A stretch of 56,140 bases of DNA, the filler included, from Dimargaris cristalligena (taxonomy: Eukaryota): assembly GCA_003614675.1 (NCBI GenBank). It is 3 parts of 3 records of this genome, joined end to end, with 100 filler letters (N's around TTAATTAATTAA, not from the genome) between each part and the next. Parts side by side here need not be neighbours in the genome. Positions count along the whole stretch, not along the records: positions 1 to 18,663 come from ML002759.1; positions 18,764 to 37,411 come from ML002760.1; 1 more part is not named here. One strand, given 5' to 3'. This document shows positions 13,626-24,942 of this stretch, piece by piece. The position numbers and the translations under genes were made by a program. How positions within the stretch are numbered: position 1 is the stretch's first letter; each line of letters opens with the position of its first letter. The notes beneath the pieces are model-generated. The model was not told the origin of the DNA, ran no database searches, and worked only from the letters and a program-made list of their open reading frames with translations.

Positions 13626-13657
13626 CCTCTCTCTATCTCTCTCTCTCTCTCTCTCTC
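13626..13657. repeat. (CT)n microsatellite between RLP24 and the HbrB-like gene
   Basis: Directly visible. Confidence 0.85.
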
Positions 13658-14979
13658 TTTATCATCGCTTTACACTAGCTATGGTAGAGTAAGATGATTC
13701 CCCGCTTTGAACCCCATTTTTTTCACCTATTCAAATCTTATTAGGTGAAAAGCCCCTTCTGGCTGGGGGACTCGGCTAAGCATGGAAGGGAAGTTACATG
13801 ACCCATTATGACCACGTGATCCACCACCGCCCACTGTTCTTATTAGATTAATCAATTGCAGGGATAAATAGTCAGCTAATAATGGAAAAGGAGGGAGGGT
13901 TAAGATAAATATACCTCGCCTGCTACTTTTACATTTCCCTTGCCTAACTCAAGCTATTGAGCGGGCTATACTTGAAGGATTCTTTCCGGACGGCCCAGTA
14001 ACCGGACCCCAAGATATCACCCCTTGTTTAGGGGCGTCAAAACCCCGAAATTCAAATTATACTGACCCAGTGGTTCAGTGAATATGGCAAAAGGCCAAAT
14101 GGGGGGGGGTATGAGAAACTTGCCACACCTAAGCATTAATACTCACCGCTCTTACGCCGCACACCCCAGTTCACGAAAACACATAAAAAATCACCTTGGT
14201 CGTTTAGACCGACTATAACCCCGCCCGGTTTTTAAGCGCTGGCTCCGATTTCGGGCCGTTGATTTTACCAATCGCCCTTAATGAATGTCCATGCGACGAC
14301 TACATCGCCTGGTTAGCTCTAGGGTTATAATTAGATCCCCGTTGACATTGTTAATAGTAGGGTACCTTAATCACTAGACTTCAGGCGGCAGGGGTGCTCC
14401 ACATTTAGAAAGCGGAGCCGTGGCCTGCACCAGATCCCCCCTGTGGCTGCCCATCAAATCCGGACTGCTTCTTGCTCCTTAGTGTGATAAAATGCACATG
14501 GGGGTAACTTGGCCTAGGAACTAAGAGGTTCCTAAGCCCCAATTGTCGGGAGCTCCTTAACCAGAGCAGTCAGGCTGGCCCCAGTGTAACGGCGGGCATT
14601 GTTTCTGCTTCCTAAATCTCCTGACCTGAGCCTCATTGCCCCTTTGGGAGGCTGGCCATCGTAACGACTACCCTCGTCCGCTCGCATTAGCCATCGTAGA
14701 AGCGTCGAGCCAAGAGTGGAAGAATGTTCACAATTCCCCTCATTTAACTGTCCAGTATCTAACAACTATCTTATTGACTAACTAACATTAGCCGGCCCTT
14801 TGGTATTGGATATTGTGTGCCCTTTCCTCCCTACCAGGTAGCGGCGGGCCTTCTGTACCATACTACTGCCCATTCCACAGTTTCAATACTATCCCATCCG
14901 CCCGCTTACCCTTCCTTCTCCACCTCGCTCGATTCCCCTCCCCTTCCCGCTTGATTAGCGGGGTAAGTCATCCGCCACA

Positions 14980-17010
14980 ATGGAGCCGCCTCGCTTCGCT
15001 CCCAGCCGCTCCCGCCCCAAAACACCCACCAGTCCCAACCGCATATTGTCGTCGCCCTCTAGTTCGACTGCCCTGAACCCCGGCCCCAGCAAACTCCAAG
15101 CTGGTCAGCCACCGAGCCCGACCAACTCATCGTCGACACCGCCCCCTTCTTCGCCTCCACCACCCCCACCGCCTCCACCCCCTCCGTCCTCACTAGCCCA
15201 CCCCCCTCCGAAATCCTCGGATAGGAAACCACCGAGCCGCTCGCTCCATTCTCCGGCCCCTGTTCCAGGGAGCGGCTCGCTTCGACCGCCGCATTGCCAT
15301 GGGCCACCCCCACCGTCCGTGTACAGCCGGTCCATGAGCTTCACCGCGATTCCTCCCCCAAACGCTGGAACTGGTCCGAATAAGAGTCACTATAACCCGG
15401 CCTACCGCCCCGCTCACCCCCCGCCCATCACCACGAACCCCAATGCCAACAAGTCGTCCATTCAGGTGGCTAATCCCCCGAGCAGTGGTCCGAATGGTCA
15501 CCATTCCCCTGCTCTAGGCTATGGCTTGCCAGCTCCCCATTCGCCGTATATGCATCCCCAGGCTAACCATTCCACCTCGAGTGCCGGCATGTACCACCCC
15601 AACGCGAGCTCATCCGCCATCTCCGCGGCAATGGCCGCCTCGGGGGCGCTTTACAGCTCGAGTGCGACGACTCCGACCCCGGGGGGTATGGGTTCCAACT
15701 TCAACTACCCCGCCCCAGGTTCTTCAGTAGGCTCCGCCCACAGCCCCCTGGTCGGCCACCACGCCGTTCCCCAGAGCCGGGTCCCTTCGCTTATGAGTCC
15801 ACGCACTCCGTCGTCACCCTTTTCGAGTCGCTCGGGCTCCTTTGCCCCGTCCTCCGCCGGCCCTCCTCCGTCCCCCCACCCTTTACTGCGGCTGGCCTCC
15901 AATACCCAGCTGCAGCAGCACCAGCTCCAACAGCAACAGCATGGATCACACCCCCACTTGTACTCGCACCACCCCCACTCCCATTCCCATCTACACCACC
16001 ATCCGTCCCACCCGGAGCCCCCCCTGGATCGACTGGCCGGCTCACCCGGCGGGATTTCCTCCCCGTTTCCTGCGGCCGGTTTGATGGCCACTTCCGTCTC
16101 GATGTATTCCATGGGGTCGGCTAGCAGTCCCTCCCTCAATATGGCCGGCCTTGCCTCCCCCTTCGCCAATGCCCATGGCCCCGTCCCTAGTAGCCCCTTT
16201 TCCCCCTATCTCCCCCATTTTATGGTAAGCTCGCCGTCCATTAGTCGCTCCCTTACGATGGTGGATGCCAAGAGTATGAGCCGGGAAGCCTCCACCCACA
16301 TCAACGAAAAAGCCCACGCCGATGATCCTTGGTCCATGTTATCTGCCCAAGTGCTTCCCCTGTTCAACGGCGATGAACCAGCCCGTAAAATCGAAGAGCT
16401 AAGCCAGCTGACCGTGGCCTGTCTCAAATCAGGGAAAACCAGCACGACCATGATCCCGGATATCCAAGAGCTCTTGGCTACCGGCACATTAACCATCCTG
16501 GGTAAATTACAAAGCGCATCCGACGAGAAACTGATGCAGAAATTGGGGGAAATCTGGAATACCTTCGCCGCCATGACTCTACCCCGGTTGGAGGGAATTT
16601 TCCAATCTCTCCAATTTCTGACCGGCGACTCCCATAGCTCACATACCCACTCCTCGCAACCACCATTCCCATCCTCGGCACCATCCGCCCCTAATTCATC
16701 ATCAAGAACGGCTGCGCCAGCGGCTACCTCGTTTGCCCATTATCTCCCCCATTACAGCATCCGGCGGGATTGTATGCTGTGTTTACGGGACCTTGCTATT
16801 CTGCCTAACTACGGCCGTATCGAAGCGGTACTGGCCCATATTCTCGCCGATCCCAACCAGCTGCTCAAAGTCACCCAGTATATTCCCCGGATTTTCCAAA
16901 TGCTCGCCATGTTGAGTTTTCTGCACACCAATGACGAAGGCCAGGTCTTGATTGACCGGATATGGGATCAGGTACGCCTTTTATTTCTCAACTTGCAGGA
17001 GCCCGAGTAA
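14980..17010 (+). CDS. HbrB-domain protein (Bit61/PRR5-Protor-like TORC2-associated protein), 676 aa
   Basis: C-terminal DDPWSMLSAQVLPLFNGDE and KLGEIWNTFAAMTLPRLEGIFQSL resemble the HbrB/PRR5 domain; about 440 aa of Pro/Ser/His-rich low-complexity N-terminus. Confidence 0.75.
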   Translation: MEPPRFAPSRSRPKTPTSPNRILSSPSSSTALNPGPSKLQAGQPPSPTNSSSTPPPSSPPPPPPPPPPPSSLAHPPPKSSDRKPPSRSLHSPAPVPGSGSLRPPHCHGPPPPSVYSRSMSFTAIPPPNAGTGPNKSHYNPAYRPAHPPPITTNPNANKSSIQVANPPSSGPNGHHSPALGYGLPAPHSPYMHPQANHSTSSAGMYHPNASSSAISAAMAASGALYSSSATTPTPGGMGSNFNYPAPGSSVGSAHSPLVGHHAVPQSRVPSLMSPRTPSSPFSSRSGSFAPSSAGPPPSPHPLLRLASNTQLQQHQLQQQQHGSHPHLYSHHPHSHSHLHHHPSHPEPPLDRLAGSPGGISSPFPAAGLMATSVSMYSMGSASSPSLNMAGLASPFANAHGPVPSSPFSPYLPHFMVSSPSISRSLTMVDAKSMSREASTHINEKAHADDPWSMLSAQVLPLFNGDEPARKIEELSQLTVACLKSGKTSTTMIPDIQELLATGTLTILGKLQSASDEKLMQKLGEIWNTFAAMTLPRLEGIFQSLQFLTGDSHSSHTHSSQPPFPSSAPSAPNSSSRTAAPAATSFAHYLPHYSIRRDCMLCLRDLAILPNYGRIEAVLAHILADPNQLLKVTQYIPRIFQMLAMLSFLHTNDEGQVLIDRIWDQVRLLFLNLQEPE

Positions 17011-17662
17011 GTCACTGATAAATTAGTAAAACACCGACTGGCCAGGGCCTCTCTAATCCAATTACCCCTCTCCTTTTTATTCTCATTCTGCTTCCCAACG
17101 TGGCTGGTACGTGGGATGCGAATTCTCTGTAAACGATGGGCTGTGTATTTCTCATCCGAATTCGACATATATAATTTTTACTTTTTCTTTTTCGAGTCGA
17201 CACCCCAGTTGAGCTTGTGTGTTTAAGTCATGTCCATGCACTGCGTGTTATTTTTTATATTTGGCATACAACTATTTAACGAACTATAAGAATGCAAGCC
17301 GAGCGCTGTTGCATTCCTTAGCGTTACCTTGGGGATGGTCAAAGTATAGCACTTACAAGCTTTTCAACGCCAAAGGGCATCGCTGCAAAATTAGGCCTTC
17401 TCAGAGAGACATCTGGCAAATCCCCGTAAAAATGAAAATTGTTAATCAGTTAAAATTGTAATTCCTGGCCAATAACTAAAAACCTAAATAGGGTCCGGAT
17501 TTATGGGTTAGCGGTGAAATCATTTAGGTTATTAAGAAGCCAAAACACTAGCTATGCTTTGAAGGGCTATTTATTTGGATATAAATGTATATCACAGCAA
17601 AGTAGAAATCATCATAGAAACAGGGGGTCATCTGGATAACTAGGACCAGACCAATACATCCA

Positions 17663-18482
17663 TTAAATTCTTTGGCAAATGTAACGAAGTAATGCGCTAC
17701 GGCTGTGGCTCCCGAGCATTTGGACTGGCGTATATCAGTCATATATATGGGTAGAGTTTCGTTAATCAATGTTTGGGAAATACAACGGACATAAAATAAT
17801 TAGAAAAATGTTTGTTAAAAGTATGTTAAATATTGACTTTGATCCGTTCGGGGTGGGCGCGAATATGTAGATTAGGGGCCATTAAAATACATAGTGGTAC
17901 GATGGGGATTGGTATAAGTAACGGCACTCTGAACTTACCATTAGACTGGGAAGACATAATCAACGCCTTGAGTTGGTTACAGACATGGGGCTCCGCAATT
18001 CGGTTCTCCGCTTGCTCCAGTTCAAGGATCAACGCACTTTGAATATACATGACCATGGTCTCTATAGAATTGATGATGTAATTAAATTGGTATATATATA
18101 TATATATATAGGTATTGTTCCCATTAATTGGTCTGAATTTATCCCTAACCCTATGCTCTTAGACTATACAGCAGAGGCGAGCTGGCGAATACTATCCACC
18201 AAATATTAACTTACCGGGTAGGTTAAGCTGGGGATTGGCAATGATAGCTTGCAGTGACTGCCGTATGAATTGACTAACGAGTACAAAACACTGCTGCTGA
18301 ACCGAGAGTTCAGCCAGCGTCGGGTTCTCAGAAGCCACCGTTGGTGCCGTGGGTCCCGCTGAAGTGGATTCGGAAAAGCCGACTTTACGGTTGAGCTCAT
18401 CGAGCCAGTCCGGGGTTCCCGCCGAGCTATCACTGGAATTCCGGGACTCGTTAGCGAACATGGCCCGGAGTTCGGGGTGGTG
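17663..18482 (-). CDS. 3' end of an unidentified multi-exon gene (exons 18482-18215, 18061-17939, 17724-17663); 5' part beyond the contig end
   Basis: Three segments joined by GTAAGT donors and YAG acceptors in consistent phase 1: HHPELRAMFANE...NPQLNLP-E-TMVMYIQSAL...SSQSN-V-QMLGSHSRSALLRYICQRI*. Confidence 0.6.
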
Positions 18483-18663
18483 CTATGTTACGTTAATCGG
18501 GGCAATCAATTTGTAAAAATAAAAATTGAAGGAATCAGGCGAAAAATAATAGGGCAGTGGTTAGATAATAGGTAAATATAATTGTCCAGGTTATAGCCCC
18601 AAACACCAAAACTGGTCGTCTCACAACCAAATCATTTCAAGGCCCTTTAAACGCATATGGTAA

Positions 18664-18763
18664 NNNNNNNNNNNNNNNNNNNNNNNNNNNNNNNNNNNNN
18701 NNNNNNNTTAATTAATTAANNNNNNNNNNNNNNNNNNNNNNNNNNNNNNNNNNNNNNNNNNNN
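18664..18763. other. Artificial contig spacer (44 N + TTAATTAATTAA + 44 N)
   Basis: Exactly 100 nt; the 12-mer has stops in all six frames; identical copy at 37412-37511. Confidence 0.97.
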
Positions 18764-20847
18764 TAGAAAGAATGGGTTAAAAGGGAAGGGAAAAAAACTG
18801 GATATACCAGACAAAAAAGCCGCTTCATACCTTGTATATAAATATAATAGTCAAATAGTAATAATTTGTAGCTGTGGCAATCAAGGGGACACTCCACCTT
18901 GCCACAGCGGAAACTCCTTGTCAACTGTGGTGGGTTCAGGTGTAATAAGTTACACAGCAGGGGTGAAAAGCCCTCTCGAAAACCAGGGCTTAGGCCAATA
19001 GCACCAATCATGGAACTTCACAATTCGGCTTCATGGATTACATATATATATATATTAATGTAATGTTATCGATTATTCACTAGCCACCAAATATAATCAA
19101 TAATATAGTCTCTCTATAATGAGCGAGCAAGCGAGCCCCTATCCATATCAAATGGTTTAGACTGGGGCTACAGAGAGTCGTTGCCAAACCAACAGTAGAT
19201 GTGTGGGAGGAGGTTTCCCTCCATTGCCTCCTTTTGAGTTACCCAGGGTGCAACAAAAAATCTTCTGTGAACCAGGCCGACTATTGGTTTTATAGAAAAG
19301 GGTATCATCCATGAAAAGCATCTATCAATGGGAGAGCACATTAAAGAAGGGATGAAAGTTGCACAAGAATGGATGAATAAGGGGCCGGCAGTTCAAATGG
19401 TGACATGGATGTGTTCCCTTATTCTCTTCGATTGTAGTACTGTGGTGCTATGAGCATACCTACCACTACAGGCACGATTAATTTTAAACAATTGTGAGGT
19501 CTTGAGAGGAAAATAGTGCACCAAAAAAAAAGTATGGCTGGCATTTATGTTACACAGAGTATGCTGGTGCTGATTACACCATGGAAAAAAAGTTGACCTA
19601 ACTGTACAAGCTAATGTCTATCATATAGGAAAAACCCAGCCCAGCCTTATGTGGTTGAAAATTCATCCAGTTAGGTTGAGGTATTCCAGTCACGACAGAG
19701 TCTTAGTTAGGCTGGCATAGCCTCTCCCTTACCCCCCTTTTAATTTTCCATTGCTCACCTGGTAACAGCCCACTTGACCAATAATATAGTTGGTGTAACA
19801 ATGGGGAGGAAAGGGGGGCAATTTACTCCAGTCGGTTGAGATCAAAACTAGTGCTCCTGGCTCCAACTAATCCTGAGACACTCCACCCTCTAGTGTTCTC
19901 CTCCACAATTTGTTACTTTGACACTATCCCATTCAACCCCTATCAACAAGTAGCAGTCCTATAAGCTATAGAAAAAGAGCTAATTAAGTGGCAAGGTGCC
20001 CAGAGAGGACCACAGGATGTACTTAGTTCTCAATGAGGTATTTGTTCAATGGGGGTGATATATTAAAGCTTATAATCATATTAGCCTGCAAATACAACTA
20101 TAAGATCCACTTCTTTCACCCTGGACAATGAATATCTATATTTGCCGACTCATTGGCTAGTTGTAAAAAAATAAAAAAATAGTGGGATAAAAGGTATAAA
20201 ATAGTAAGTTCAGAGTTCCACAGTTGGTACATGGGTGTCTCAGCAAAATTTGAATAGTAAATGTAAAGTCATAATTGGGGGTTAGAGACTGCCAATATTC
20301 ATGGGGGGAATATAGATTAATGACTATTGAGCAATTATTGCCAAAAAGCAAGCAAGTGCTGGCTAGCCAAAGCTAACTAAGCTAATTGATATCTCCCTAA
20401 GCCGGTGGTGTGCTTTAAAATAAAAAAAGGGGGTAGTGAGAGCAGATGGAGTGAAATTCACCAAAAATGGTCATTAAATACTACTCTCCTCTGGTGAGTT
20501 TTTGGAGGCCCATAAATAGATGGTTTAGTAAGCTAACTATTTTTTTTATTTGCATATTATACACTAGCTAGTGATGCAGTAGTTAACTGCTCTTTGACCA
20601 CTAAAGTCACACTTGCATAGGTATCTATTAGACATAATATTGGGAGTTATCATATCCAATACCTACTTAATGGAGAATAGGGGACAGTGGTATTAGATAA
20701 TATCAGCCCTTCTAATCTGACCCAATCTGGCTAGATGATTACCTGCCACATCAGGTCTTATAGCACCATATTAAACCCCTCATGGTCACCCCCAGTACTA
20801 TGGGGTCATCAATTATCACATAACTCCTCCAGTCAGGCTCCCCAGTG

Positions 20848-21297
20848 TTCATACTAATCACTCCACCATTAATCTAAAGACTCTTCCAGTTCCCATGAGA
20901 GTCTTCCAGATATAAGGACCACCTGACTGGCCCACTTATTGATACCCTAGTTATGTAGCACTTCCCCTTGGGGGCCTCCCTTTGGAGTATCCCCTACATA
21001 TATATAATTGGGCCCTATTGGGACTAGTTAGGCATTTCAGCTTATTATTCCCCCCTTGGTTTACTTAATATACTCTATATATACTCACCCACTCTTGTAC
21101 TGACTAGTAAGTGTGTATTACTGCATGTCCCTTGCATAGTTGCCACACTTGCCTTTATTGGGTTAGTATCACCCTGTACTTGACACTAGTAGCCTGCTTG
21201 GCTAAGCCTAAGACCCACATACTGTTGGAAGCCTATCCCCGGGACTCTCGATAGACTAAGAGTGGTTAACTTGGGTAATATGGTTGTTGGAAATGCA
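20848..21297 (+). mobile_element. Degenerate dispersed repeat, copy A; inverted homologue at about 55250-56062
   Basis: ATACTAATCACTC...AGACTCTTCCAGTT...GAGTCTTCCAGA and GGGACTCTCGATAGACTAAGAGTGG align with the reverse complement of 55990-56060 and 55262-55300; strongly CpG-poor. Confidence 0.8.
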
Positions 21298-22196
21298 TCT
21301 CCCCCTGAGTACTATTCACTATATCAGACTATTAGAGTGATCCTATTGGCCCAAATTATCTCTAATAAACACTATTGTGATGAGCTTAATTCTCATCTTA
21401 TGGTTCTTTCTTACTTTTATCTAATTTGCATAGACTTTATTTATATATCTTGAATTATTGTTAATGTGGGAACTTGCAGTTATCCCGATAGTGGTACCTT
21501 CCAATGAGTACCAGTTTACTTTTTGGGATAGCCCATCACCCTATGCTCATTTCCTCTGAAAATTCAACAGACAGCTTGGCTATATTAGCCACTACCACCT
21601 CATATGCCCTTTGCTCCACTCAGCCAAAAACAATTGTCAAAGGAAGTGTGATATGGATGGCATAAAAGGGAGGAATGGAGAGCATCTTAGTAGAATATTT
21701 TACTATTTAATTATTATCTTATAATTCCTTCAATGGGACCATGGGCAATATAGAAATTAGGGTACAGGCTGGGTTAGTTGGATGGCCATGGAAATGGAAA
21801 TGAGGTATAGCCATATCCTTTGGTCCAGTGGTTTAGTATATAGTGTATCTCTAAGTTAAAGGGGGATATCCAGTTGAGCAATGAAAATCTCCGCCTTTCT
21901 GCTTTTACCATTACTGCAGCCATGGGGCATTTCCAAAAACCAGCATTGTCATACAATCACCACCATGTTTACTCTATAGTAAATGGAAAAAAAAACACAT
22001 ATATTTGTTGGAAACCGGGTCACCCCAGGATTGTGCCAGCCCAGCCAAAGTGACAGTCATGTTAGATATGTAAAATTATGTTTACTAAGAAGCACTAGCT
22101 AGAATATAACATCGAATTGCATACCCCCCGACCTATACTATACAAATTAGCTTAAAATGGTAGGTGGGCGTGTCATTAAACGCGGGTTTATTTAAG

Positions 22197-22795
22197 CTAA
22201 GGACCTATATCGGACCCGTTGGTGGGCTCTTGGACATTTGCCAAGACAAAGGACTTGAGCTGCGTTAGAATCTTCACCTTTACCTCGTCCGGTATGCTCG
22301 CTGGGCGGCGGGGGGAGTGGAGGGGGGTATTGCATAATATTATTCGGTCGATAATAATCATTAGTATTTGCATAGGGCTAACACCAAAATTAATATATCA
22401 AAAATGTATAATGAGGGACTCAACATCAACCCATAATATGATAGTCACGATAAAGATGGAGTAACACTAGAGCCCCTCTACTAAGCAAAGATCCTTTATC
22501 CGCGAACGGGTGTCCGGCTAAACGTATTCTCACTTGGTAGGAGGAGCTTAACCTGGGCTAGTTACTTACAATGTGCCATGGGGGAGATTTCCCTCATGAG
22601 TTCTTCGACGGTGACATTAGCCACCCCACGGGTCCCGATGATGTCCCGGCAACGGGCCTTAATTTGGTCCTTCCAACCGCATTCGATGAGCGATGCGCGC
22701 AGGATTTCCTGGAGGTGTTCCTTTTCGCCCGACTCAGTGAGGCGCTGCTCCAAATTGACCCGGAGTTGGTCGCTGGGGGTGGTGGATTGGGTCAT
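22197..22795 (-). CDS. SUS1: Sus1/ENY2 (SAGA DUB module and TREX-2 subunit); exons 22795-22570 and 22300-22197
   Basis: LEQRLTESGEKEHLQEILRASLIECGWKDQIKARCR...VTVEELMREISPMAHS-SIPDEVKVKILTQLKSFV; phase-1 GTAAGT...CAG intron. Confidence 0.93.
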
Positions 22796-23507
22796 GGCGG
22801 AGAGTGGTTACAGGTCGGGGTAAAAGAATGTGAATTTGAATTAGAAAGTGGGTATGGGCTTACGCTGTAGCACTTAAAGAAAGAGAGGTGCTTTGGACCA
22901 AGAAAAACGAGTATTGTACGCGCTTAGTTATGGACCTTAAAGAATGCCTTTGTACTGAAACAGGCTAGTTGGGGTTGAAAATGGGCGCACAAGTTACGAG
23001 ATAGCTAGGGAAAAGGGTAAAGCATTTGGGTTGAATTGCTGTGACTGGAAGGGGGGTGGTGTGTGCCCTGCAAATAGTCTTATGGCAAGCCAAGTTACAA
23101 AATGGGTTGTTTATAATAAAAAATGCACCAGAGTATGAAGGAAGGAAGGGAAATTTCCCTTTTTCTGTTCGCATAGCCGGCGGCGGGTGGGATGAAACTC
23201 ACTATGGAGGGGTAATTTAAAGTCCCATATGAATGAGTTTATTATATAGTCAAATGAATACCATGAGACATACCTCTCTGCTTACGGGCCAAACCCAAAG
23301 GGGAAGTTAACCCCAGCCTGAATTAAAGGTATAGAAGGAGAGAGCCATTGTAAACCCAGCCTCTCTACAATTGAAGGAGACTCCCTCCTGGGCACAATGG
23401 AACCAAGCTATACCAACCGAATGACACACCATCTACTGTGTACATATCTTGTGATTCACCTCGTCTTTTGAAAACTCCATTATCCTCCTCCTTCCCCTCC
23501 CCCTTCA

Positions 23508-24320
23508 ATGTCGTTCGTCCCTACCACCGCCCGCCAGGCCCTCCTCCGTTCGGCCCGGTCCCTTCGGACCACCACTCCCACCCAGTGTAGCGCGCGGTCC
23601 TTCTCGATCGCTCCCGTCGCCGCCCGGGCCCCCACCCTCGTCGACACCCCCACCCAATCGGTGGAGCAAGGCCAATTGATCATCCACGAATCCACCCTCC
23701 CCACCGCCCCCGCTGATCCGACCGTGGCCCGACTGGAAGTACTGGCTACGCAGGCGCCCAACCGGGTGGCCACCTGGTCCGCCAACCAACGCCCGCGGGA
23801 CCTGGCCATGCGTGGCCCCCGTTTCGTGCAAACCGACATTCCCGCCCAGCCCCAGCCCATGTCCGCCATGGAACTCATCGCCGAGGAACCCATCCGTATG
23901 GTCGAAGGCCGTAAGGCTACCTGCGACGGCGGGGGCGGTCCCCTGGGCCATCCCAAGATTTATATCAACCTCGACCAGGATGGTATTCCCCACGCGTGTG
24001 GCTACTGTAAGTGATAAGCCGAAGCTGGTGTTACCCTATATAGATTTGTGGGCTATATTGACGCTAACTAGCCAAATAGGTGCAATACAGCTACTGTATA
24101 ACCAGACCCACCCACAACATCAAAGAAGCAACAGCAGAGCGCAAGCCCTGTTGGCCGCTTTAATGTATCACATAACACGAAGCTTAGAAGGGTCTGCTAT
24201 TTTTTAATATTACAATAATTATACTAACCTATCACCATTAATTGGCACTTGCTTTATATTCCCCCCACCCCCACATATCCAGGCGGCCTGCGTTTCCAAC
24301 AATCCCACGCTCACCATTAG
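23508..24320 (+). CDS. NDUFS6: Complex I 13-kDa zinc-finger subunit (NDUFS6/NUMM); exons 23508-24006 and 24283-24320
   Basis: Mitochondrial presequence-like N-terminus; [22 protein letters not shown]; zf-CHCC motif [18 protein letters not shown]...HACGYC completed by exon 2 [11 protein letters not shown]. Confidence 0.93.
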
Positions 24321-24790
24321 AAATAGAACTCGTTCATTGACACTATTTCCTACCGTATTTATAACCACATTTCTGTCGTCGACAAGAATAAATCTGAAAT
24401 CTAGAGCTTATTGAATGTCTATTTTTAGGAATCACATTGCAAATACATGGGCGTTGTCCCATTTGAATATAGCAATCCTCTGAGTTGGGCCTTTGGACTT
24501 CATTTCTCAGCACATTTTATGTTTTCAGCACAACATACTGTAACCCAGAGGTGCAGAGTATAAATATGGAATGCTTATAGGGTGATCCATGGCGTACCTG
24601 AGAGCTATATTTTTAGCAACTTTATACTAAAGGAGTACCCCAGATTTTATTTAGAAAAAATGATGCATTCTCATTCTCAGCTCTAGTGCGAAGCAGCCCC
24701 CCCCCCTGCTTTGGTACTAAATCAACTGACACGTGCTTGCCTATATCCATCCGACATGATGCAGGTACAATCTAGTACAGCTCCATAAGG

Positions 24791-24942
24791 TTTCATGTGG
24801 ATGAAGTTCAAACCAGCTATATAAAGTTTTACATAATACGTGTACGGGAGAATATGTGGGTGAGTAGCTTTTAACCAGTAATATTGACCCCATCTAATGG
24901 ATTTTTCGTTATACAGCTTGGATGAACTTCATCCATGTGAAA
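24791..24942. mobile_element. About 150-bp MITE-like element with terminal inverted repeats, copy 1
   Basis: Left TTTCATGTGGATGAAGTTCA versus right TGAACTTCATCCATGTGAAA (reverse complement differs at 2 of 20); related copy at 48054-48197. Confidence 0.75.

Noticed and set aside
14530..14760. RNase MRP- or SRP-like RNA on the minus strand (ACAATTGGGGCTTA resembles MRP CR-V)
   Set aside because: No matching CR-I (GAAAGUCCCC) upstream and no convincing SRP helix 8; would need an Infernal hit.
18708..18719. Palindromic TTAATTAATTAA between N runs as a biological motif (also 37456-37467)
   Set aside because: Identical synthetic six-frame-stop linker centred in a 100-nt gap.
19290..19325. FMDD on the minus strand as a reverse-transcriptase YxDD motif
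   Set aside because: Preceded by a stop codon and no other RT motifs are recognisable.
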